This document shows, one piece after another, positions 58,419 to 64,000 of a DNA stretch of 64,000 nt; the first letter of the stretch is position 1, and each line of letters starts with the position of its first letter. The notes below the pieces were generated by a model. It was not told the DNA's origin. It worked only from the letters and a program-made list of their open reading frames with translations, and searched no databases. The translations under genes were made by a program, and so were the position numbers. Where the stretch lies: assembly GCA_963837495.1 (NCBI GenBank), contig CAWINF010000001.1, positions 841,843 through 905,842 of the forward strand, read 5' to 3'. The stretch comes from an uncultured Acidobacteriota bacterium. Lineage in GTDB: Bacteria; Acidobacteriota; Thermoanaerobaculia; UBA5066; Gp7-AA6.

Positions 58419-58668
58419 CCACAGACCCCAGGATCTGGCGTCTTGCCTCTTCCCAGGGAATGGTCTGCACCGATCCGGAATCCAATTCGCTCAGGCGGCG
58501 AGCGATCTCGACACTCCACTCGGCCTCGGCGCCTTCATCGACCTCAGCCTCGAGGCTTTCAATCAGACGACCGGCAACGGCCGCCAGGGACTCCGGCGCA
58601 AGCCGCAAAGCGTCTCTGAAAATCTCCTCGGCTTCTCTAGTCACGAGAGAAATGCTAGCGCGGGGCAT
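58399..58668 (-). CDS. TIGR02574-like antitoxin (paralogue of 61175-61471)
   Basis: VTREAEEIFRDALRLAPESLAAVAGRLIESLEAEVDEGAEAEWSVEIARRLSELDSGSVQTIPWEEARRQILG. Confidence 0.6.
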   Translation of the reverse strand: MPRASISLVTREAEEIFRDALRLAPESLAAVAGRLIESLEAEVDEGAEAEWSVEIARRLSELDSGSVQTIPWEEARRQILGSVDAAPRR

Positions 58669-58674
58669 TTCTCG

Positions 58675-59030
58675 GGGGGAAGAAGGGGTCAGCCGTGCGC
58701 TTCGTGTATTTCCTGATTCCGGGCGACAGGCACTCCTGTCATCGTTTCCGGCGCCGGCGGGCGGGGAGAGGTGTCTCCTGCTTCCTGGAAGAAGGGGCCA
58801 GGCCGAGGCGGACGACCTTTCGCGCGAGCTCGTAGAGGCCATCGCGCGCACCTTCGTGCCGCAGGCCGGCAGCCACGACGTAAACCAACCGGGCGGCAGG
58901 ATCAACCGAAGAGATCAGGCGGTATCGCTGGCCAACCACCCGAAGGCTTCCAAAGCCCATGAGGTCTTCCCGGAGCGGCTTTCCCTGCTTTTCAGGATCA
59001 CCCTGCAGACGTTTGGACGTGCGCCTGGTC
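58675..59030. repeat. Full copy of relE repeat
   Basis: GAAGAAGGGGTCAGCCGTGCGCTTCGTGTATTTCC ... GCAGACGTTTGGACGTG. Confidence 0.6.
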
Positions 59031-59045
59031 GGGAGTGGTGCCGTG

Positions 59046-59480
59046 TCACCTGAGATCGTAGAGATAGAGGAGCGCTGCCCATCCGCTTGGGAGGGAGTTG
59101 GAAGGGCCGGGGAGGTCGGCATACCGGACGGCCATTTCAAGGAAGAAGCGGGCGTGGAAGAAGGCCTCGAGGATCGGACGCGTGTGATGGTCCCAGGCCG
59201 CGTTCATGCCAGTCGAGAACTTCTTGCCCGTTCCCTCGCCGACGATCTGGAGGAATCGGGCGTTCAACGGACGGGTCGGAACGAGCAGGCGGAGTGCAGA
59301 GACGATCTTTTCGGTCTGGTTCTGCAGCGCGAACACTTTGAAGCTGTGATGATAGAAGCGATAAACCGGATCCTCGTAGCCCCAATGGCTGTTTGATTCC
59401 TCCAGAATCTTTCTGAGGTCCTGCAGACGTGCCTTTAGATTGCCGAGCAGCTCCAATTCCGGGGTCCGTTCAATCATCAC
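59046..59480 (-). CDS. Hypothetical 144-aa protein downstream of the DUF433/DUF5615 pair
   Basis: Coherent ORF MMIERTPELELLGNLKARLQDLRKILEE...; no family recognised. Confidence 0.35.
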   Translation of the reverse strand: MMIERTPELELLGNLKARLQDLRKILEESNSHWGYEDPVYRFYHHSFKVFALQNQTEKIVSALRLLVPTRPLNARFLQIVGEGTGKKFSTGMNAAWDHHTRPILEAFFHARFFLEMAVRYADLPGPSNSLPSGWAALLYLYDLR

Positions 59481-59490
59481 ATCGCTCGGG

Positions 59491-59850
59491 CTAGTCTTCC
59501 TCGTCCGAGGTGCGGATTCTCAAGCGAGTGGGCTCAGCCGTGATGAGAGCGCCGGCGAGGAGATCTCTCCCGTGCCGTGTCAAGATCTCCTGGCAGGCTG
59601 TGGCCTGCCGGCGAGCAGAAACTCCGACGAGACGAATGATGCCGCTGTGCGGACGGCCTTGGACTACCGCGAGCTCGCCGAAATCCTTGTCGAGGGTGAC
59701 GAGTATTCGTTCCTCGGCGCTCGCCCTCGAGAGAACGACGTCGTCACCCGGGTCCTCCGGCCAGTCTCCCGCCCAGACAACGTCATGGCCTAGAGCGACG
59801 AGAGCGGGTTTCGAGCCTCCCCAGACGCATGCGTCGAGGAGAAGTTTCAC
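59491..59850 (-). CDS. DUF5615 (PIN-like) protein, intact
   Basis: MKLLLDACVWGGSKPALVALGHDVVWAGDW...ILVTLDKDFGELAV. Confidence 0.75.
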   Translation of the reverse strand: MKLLLDACVWGGSKPALVALGHDVVWAGDWPEDPGDDVVLSRASAEERILVTLDKDFGELAVVQGRPHSGIIRLVGVSARRQATACQEILTRHGRDLLAGALITAEPTRLRIRTSDEED

Positions 59851-60099
59851 CTAGCTGCCGGAAGTCACCAGCGGCTCGACTCGCTCATGCGCGACGAGCT
59901 TGTGAGCGTACGCGAGGCATGCCTGGATGTCTTCAGGTTCGAGCCACGGATAACCGGCGAGGATCGTGTCGGGTGTGTCGCCGGCGGCCAGCATCCCAAG
60001 CACGTGCTCGACGGCCAGCCTATGGCCGCGAATGATTGGCTTTCCGGCGAAGATCGCAGGATTCACTGTGATCCTCGTCAGGAGTGTCTTCTCGTCCAC
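59851..60099 (-). CDS. DUF433 protein, intact
   Basis: ITVNPAIFAGKPIIRGHRLAVEHVLGMLAAGDTPDTILAGYPWLEPEDIQACLAYA. Confidence 0.75.
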   Translation of the reverse strand: MDEKTLLTRITVNPAIFAGKPIIRGHRLAVEHVLGMLAAGDTPDTILAGYPWLEPEDIQACLAYAHKLVAHERVEPLVTSGS

Positions 60100-60179
60100 G
60101 CCGAGAGTATAGACCCGAGCCGGCTGGGGCCGGTTCCCACTTCTCGCAGCCCGGCGGGAAGTAACGGCACGCGAGGGCT

Positions 60180-60560
60180 TATTGGGGAAGAAGGGGTCAG
60201 CCGTGCGCTTCGTGTATTTCCTGATTCCGGGCGACAGGCAATCCTGTCATCGTTTCCGGCGCCGGCGGGCGGCGAGAGGTGTCTTCCGCTTCCTGGAAGA
60301 AGGGGCCAGGCCGAGGCGGACGACCTTTCGCGCGAGCTCGTAGACGTCATCGCGCGCACCTTCGTGCCGCAGGCCGGCAGCCACGACGTAAACCAACCGG
60401 GCGGCAGGATCAACCGAAGAGATCAGGCGGTATCGCTGGCCAACCACCCGAAGGCTTCCATGGCCCATGAGGTCTTCCCGGAGCGGCTTTCCCTGCTTCT
60501 CAGGATCACCCTGCAGACGTCTGGACGTGTCGAAGAGTTGCTGCCGTACTCGTCAGGAGC
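60180..60560. repeat. Full copy of relE repeat (relE lacks start; in-frame TGA upstream of RVRQQLFDTSRRLQGDPE)
   Basis: Same boundaries as the 58675 copy. Confidence 0.6.
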
Positions 60561-60632
60561 GAAGCTGGGTCAGTCTCGCATACTGGTACTTTGAGAAAGA
60601 ATGAGGGAAATGAGCGACTCAAAGCTACCGGC

Positions 60633-60900
60633 TCAGGAAGATCGAGTGCGGAGCGAATCGAGTGAAATATTCGCCGGTTCGCGGGAGCGCTCGTCGAGAA
60701 GCCTCATGAGGGCCGGGTTAGCTCTCATGAGTTCGACCTCGTGTTGGAAGTCTTCGACGGCCCCGATCACGTACTCCTCTCCTTCGGAAGTGCGGAGGAT
60801 TACCGGCTCGTCGTGAGCCATGGCCAGAAGCTCCTGGAGAGTGAGCGCGCGCGAAGGGAGTTCGATGGTTTTCACAATGTGATCCTTCACGAAAGACCTA
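60633..60900 (-). CDS. Small antitoxin-like protein (start uncertain)
   Basis: IVKTIELPSRALTLQELLAMAHDEPVILRTSEGEEYVIGAVEDFQHEVELM. Confidence 0.35.
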
Positions 60901-61194
60901 CCGGTGTCTCCAGAATCCCGGTCGTCGCTTGCCGTGGGCGACCGCAACGATTTGGATAGCCGAGGAAGTCAGGCGATAGACGACGCTGAAGGGATATCTT
61001 CGGAGAAGAAACCTTCGGGTGCCAAGCACATATGAAGGCCATGCCTCGGGGCGCTCGACGATTCTGTCGAGCGCTCCTTCGATCTCGTTGAAAAACGCGC
61101 GGGCAGCAATCGCGTCGCGCGACTGGTACCAGTCGTGCGCTTGCCGGATATCTTCGATTGCGGCGGGATGAAGGTCAACGACGCGGTGCGGCAT
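60898..61194 (-). CDS. ParE-family toxin, intact
   Basis: MPHRVVDLHPAAIEDIRQAHDWY...RRFLLRRYPFSVVYRLTSSAIQIVAVAHGKRRP. Confidence 0.7.
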   Translation of the reverse strand: MPHRVVDLHPAAIEDIRQAHDWYQSRDAIAARAFFNEIEGALDRIVERPEAWPSYVLGTRRFLLRRYPFSVVYRLTSSAIQIVAVAHGKRRPGFWRHR

Positions 61195-61471
61195 CCACGG
61201 ACCCCAGGATCTGGCGTCGCGCCTCTTCCCAGGGGACGGTCTGCACCGACCCAGAATCCAACTCGGTCAGGCGGCGAGCGATCTCGACACTCCACTCGGC
61301 CTCGGCGTTCTCATCGACCTCCGACTCGAGGCTCTCGATCAGACGACCGGCAACGGCTGCCCGGGACTCGGGTGCGAGCCGCAAGGCGTCTCTGAGGATC
61401 TCCTCGGCTTCTCTAGTCACGATCAAATGGTAGCACGGGGATCCCGGCTGTCGCCTCGACCAGGAGCGCAC
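61175..61471 (-). CDS. TIGR02574-like antitoxin
   Basis: VTREAEEILRDALRLAPESRAAVAGRLIESLESEVDENAEAEWSVEIARRLTELDSGSVQTVPWEEARRQILG. Confidence 0.6.
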   Translation of the reverse strand: MRSWSRRQPGSPCYHLIVTREAEEILRDALRLAPESRAAVAGRLIESLESEVDENAEAEWSVEIARRLTELDSGSVQTVPWEEARRQILGSVDAAPRR

Positions 61472-61519
61472 GGGGGATCATGGTTGACGTCACGGGAGAA
61501 GGCGACCTGGCGCAGTGGG

Positions 61520-61690
61520 GTGCGGAAGAAGGGGTCAGCCGTGCGCTTCGTGTATTTCCTGATTCCGGGCGACAGGCAATCCTGTCATCGTTTCCGGCGC
61601 CGGCGGGCGGGCAGAGGTGTCTTCTGCTTCCTGGAAGAAGGGGCCAGGCCCGAGGCGGACGACCTTTCGCGCGAGCTCGTAGAGGCCATC
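61520..61690. repeat. Partial copy of relE repeat
   Basis: GAAGAAGGGGTCAGCCGTGCGCTTCGTGTATTTCC ... GAGGCCATCATGCC. Confidence 0.55.
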
Positions 61691-61768
61691 ATGCCTGAAG
61701 TTCCTCGGTCGTCATTCGCACGAACGGCCTGGGTTCGAGGGATTATCCTGAGGCAACCGGCAGGCCCG

Positions 61769-62044
61769 TTATCCGGCCTTCCGGTTCGCTCGAGACCGGG
61801 ATCGCGGTTTCGACGGCAAAGCGGAAATCACCGAGCGGAGCAGGGCGTTCACATCTTTCGAAGATCGGAATACCGACGCCACGTCGGGCTCCAGCATGAC
61901 GGCGACAGAACCCGCCTTGACCAAGCCCGCAAACCGGTTCGACCGGGATCTCCGGTAGTCGAAGCGGTACTCCCGCCTTAGCTCGTCGGCGGAGGCGCGT
62001 GCAGTCTTACGGGATGACATTCTCTTCATAGTCTTGGCGTTCAT
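61769..62044 (-). CDS. BrnA-like antitoxin
   Basis: EYRFDYRRSRSNRFAG...VAVMLEPDVASVFRSSKDVNALLRSVI. Confidence 0.5.
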   Translation of the reverse strand: MNAKTMKRMSSRKTARASADELRREYRFDYRRSRSNRFAGLVKAGSVAVMLEPDVASVFRSSKDVNALLRSVISALPSKPRSRSRANRKAG

Positions 62045-62130
62045 GCCTCGTCGCTTTCCTCGCGCTGATCATCCGGATCGAGTCGCGCCGCGCCATAAAC
62101 GATACCACCAAGAGACGCCGCGTCACGGAA
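62007..62130 (-). pseudogene. BrnT-like toxin C-terminal fragment (...LLVVSFMARRDSIRMISARKATRHERQDYE)
   Basis: N-terminal half missing; overlaps the end of the 62123-62830 ORF. Confidence 0.4.
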
Positions 62131-62830
62131 TGCCCCACGATGTTGCGGCCCCTCTGGCCCGGCGGATCCCGCAAAGGGCGACGTAGAGGGCCGAGTGCCA
62201 CGTGGACTTCCCAGGGTACGTGTAGCGATCACCCTCGCAGGGCTTGTGGAAGTGCCCGAGGAAGGCGTGGGCCAGGCCGCCGCGCTCGATGTCGGCTGCC
62301 CGGAACGGCGCGTGAGCGGCCTTCCCGGCGTCCTGAAATGCGAAGAACCCGAGCTCGGATCCGTGGAACAGGGCGAGATGGACGCCACCGCGGTCAACAT
62401 GGAAGCCCTCGAGTAAGTTTCGGGTATTGGCGGGCGCGCAATGCGCTGCGCCCCAGAGAGTCAGGCCTTCGGCCAAAGTGACGGGAGCCAGCCGATCGCT
62501 CTCGAAGACGTGGACGTTGGCGCTCCACCGGACGCGCCGGTAGAGGCTGGCAGGACCGAGCCAGTCATGGTTGCCGGGCGCGATGTATATCCGCGTCTGA
62601 CCCAGTCCCTCAAACGTCTGCCTCAGAAATTCGCCGGTCTCCGAAGAGAAGCACTCCTGCTCATAGAGATCGCCGCCGCAGAGCACAGCGTCAACGCGCA
62701 ACTCGGTGGCCAGCGACACGATCTTCCGTAGCGTGTCCCGAAGGCTCTGCCGCCGCTTGCGCGCGAGAAGCGGATCAAACCACCGGAACGGCGTGTCCAG
62801 GTGAAGATCCGAGAAAAGCAGCAGCTTCAT
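62123..62830 (-). CDS. Metallophosphoesterase (calcineurin-like)
   Basis: MKLLLFSDLHLD, GGDLYEQ, APGNHDW, LFHGSE, GHFH. Confidence 0.7.
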   Translation of the reverse strand: MKLLLFSDLHLDTPFRWFDPLLARKRRQSLRDTLRKIVSLATELRVDAVLCGGDLYEQECFSSETGEFLRQTFEGLGQTRIYIAPGNHDWLGPASLYRRVRWSANVHVFESDRLAPVTLAEGLTLWGAAHCAPANTRNLLEGFHVDRGGVHLALFHGSELGFFAFQDAGKAAHAPFRAADIERGGLAHAFLGHFHKPCEGDRYTYPGKSTWHSALYVALCGIRRARGAATSWGIP

Positions 62831-62967
62831 CTGTACCTGATCCGCAGATTAGTGTTCAGAGAGACGTGGCGGACTTCTGAGATGCTACGCCTCTCGAGAC
62901 CGAAAGGCGAACTCAGCTCGTAATTCGGGGCGGGGCTTCCAGGTGCCAGACGTGCAACTACACCCCG

Positions 62968-63243
62968 GTGGCGGTGTTTCGAGCTCGCGTCAACCGGTGC
63001 GTGGTCGAGTACCTGGCGATCGCCCATGTCCTGGGCCGTAAACCGACCAGTGGAGACCTTCAGCACTCCGGCCAGAAGGGTTGGAGAGCTACCTACGCCC
63101 GAATCCTCCGCCACGTCGGAGCAATGTCGAAGTTCGAGCAGGAGCTGGCCCGGCGCGGATTGGGACTATCCCTGCGAGCCGGCCCGCCCCGAGACCGTGT
63201 AGAAGGTGACGAAAGCCGGCGCGGACCCATGGCGGAGAGCTGA
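62968..63243 (+). CDS. Hypothetical small protein; followed by GGGTCCTGCGCGCGGGACCC hairpin
   Basis: ORF only. Confidence 0.2.
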   Translation: MAVFRARVNRCVVEYLAIAHVLGRKPTSGDLQHSGQKGWRATYARILRHVGAMSKFEQELARRGLGLSLRAGPPRDRVEGDESRRGPMAES

Positions 63244-63343
63244 GGGTCCTGCGCGCGGGACCCGGTTTCGGCGAGGGCTGCTCGGCCTTGTGGTCGGCCT
63301 TTGCTTCACCTGGCCCGTTTCCGCATATCGCAGCGGGGCGAGC

Positions 63344-63643
63344 TCATCCTGCTCGACGGAGGGGCTTTGGAAGACTCGCAAGTCGGCTGACAGCCCGGTG
63401 GAGGTCCACGGCTTTCTGCGCATTGAGCCAGAACTCGGGAGTGGTGCGAAATGACGCGGCGAGCTTCAAGGACATTTCGGCCGTCACCGAGCTGCGGCCG
63501 TTGACGATCCGGTTGACCACTTTGACGTCGCATCCGAGATGGCCCGCCAAACGCCTTTGGGTCATGCCCAGAGGGATCAGAAACTCCTCGCGAAGGATCT
63601 CGCCGGGCGAAGTTGGCTTCCGGCTTCTCGATCTGTCTCTCAC
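63344..63643 (-). CDS. higA: HigA-family HTH antitoxin
   Basis: PGEILREEFLIPLGMTQRRLAGHLGCDVKVVNRIVNGRSSVTAEMSLKLAASFRTTPEFWLNAQ. Confidence 0.75.
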   Translation of the reverse strand: MRDRSRSRKPTSPGEILREEFLIPLGMTQRRLAGHLGCDVKVVNRIVNGRSSVTAEMSLKLAASFRTTPEFWLNAQKAVDLHRAVSRLASLPKPLRRAG

Positions 63644-63652
63644 AACCAGCTC

Positions 63653-64000
63653 TCAGTGATAGTCGCGGATATCGACCGCGGCGGGTCCAGACGTCGTCCA
63701 GCGAAAGACCACTCTCCACTGATCGTTGATTCGAATGCTGTGAAACCCATCGAGTTTCCCCTTCAAGGCCTCCAAGCGATTGCCCGGCGGCGATGCCAGA
63801 TCCCTCAAGGCAGCCGCGTAGTCCAGCATGTCAAGCTTCCTCGTGGCGATCTTCGCCACAGCGGACCAACCAACGCCTTTGGGAAGCTTCCCTTGCAGAA
63901 AGAACCGCTCGAGCGCCTGGCTGGCGAAGCTCTGGATCGCCCCCGCAGAAAACCATACCTCGATGAGGTATACCCCGTCAAGGTATCGCCCCCCTGATCT
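63653..64000 (-). CDS. higB: HigB-family toxin; 5-prime end close to or beyond the window edge, start codon not resolved
   Basis: ...FASQALERFFLQGKLPKGV...LKGKLDGFHSIRINDQWRVVFRWTTSGPAAVDIRDYH. Confidence 0.6.
   Translation of the reverse strand, partial: RSGGRYLDGVYLIEVWFSAGAIQSFASQALERFFLQGKLPKGVGWSAVAKIATRKLDMLDYAAALRDLASPPGNRLEALKGKLDGFHSIRINDQWRVVFRWTTSGPAAVDIRDYH

Noticed and set aside
54735-61700. Possibility that the regularly spaced repeats are a CRISPR array
   Set aside because: Repeat unit is ~360 bp, protein-coding (relE), with spacers that are whole genes; no short 25-40-bp direct repeats with uniform spacers; no cas genes.

Overview
The window is GC-rich (~65-70%) bacterial chromosomal DNA, likely from a soil bacterium (possibly Acidobacteriota-like; uncertain). 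All gene calls rest on reading the provided translations and motifs by eye; no searches were run.

Positions 1-14.7 kb are a housekeeping core. The genes, in order, are selB (partial), yqeY, a CYTH protein, a sugar-phosphate nucleotidyltransferase, a pseudopilin, comEA, ubiX, ubiA, a SAM methyltransferase, a deoxynucleoside kinase, panB, panC, thiG, a zinc-ribbon protein, a CBS/CysK-like gene with a cystathionine gamma-lyase-like gene, and cutA. Small MITE-like inverted-repeat elements with termini CTGTCATCCTGAGCG are scattered through the intergenic spaces.

A tmRNA gene (ssrA) sits at 14768-15128 and marks the start of accessory DNA. A toxin-antitoxin (TA) rich islet follows at 15.1-19.3 kb (DUF433/DUF5615 pairs, RHH/PIN, and remnants).

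Positions 19.9-28.7 kb hold a Ser/Thr kinase gene, an ECF41 sigma factor with DoxX, a truncated monooxygenase, and mosaic TA debris. Duplicated 3-prime ends of an HNH endonuclease gene punctuate this stretch.

Positions 28.8-38.1 kb carry an AddB/AddA-like helicase-nuclease pair, a translationally coupled nucleotidyltransferase + TIM-barrel pair, and the intact HNH endonuclease gene.

The most striking feature is a nine-gene, tightly packed, co-directional operon at 38.3-54.7 kb. It reads: SNF2 helicase with DUF3883 nuclease-like C-terminus, DarT, DarG, a HEPN (TIGR02391-like) protein, a DUF1156 Zn-ribbon N6-adenine methyltransferase, a DUF499 P-loop ATPase, a GmrSD-like DUF262/DUF1524 nuclease with AlbA_2 domain, an Nmad2-like protein, and a UDG-superfamily-like protein. 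I do not know this combination as a described defence system.

The window ends (54.7-64 kb) with a cassette-array-like region. About seven copies of a ~360-bp repeat, each carrying a degenerate relE, alternate with diverse intact TA modules (ParE/TIGR02574, Phd/ParE, Phd/PIN, DUF433/DUF5615, BrnTA remnant, HigBA).

Many long ORFs in the six-frame track are antisense GC-artefacts and are not called.
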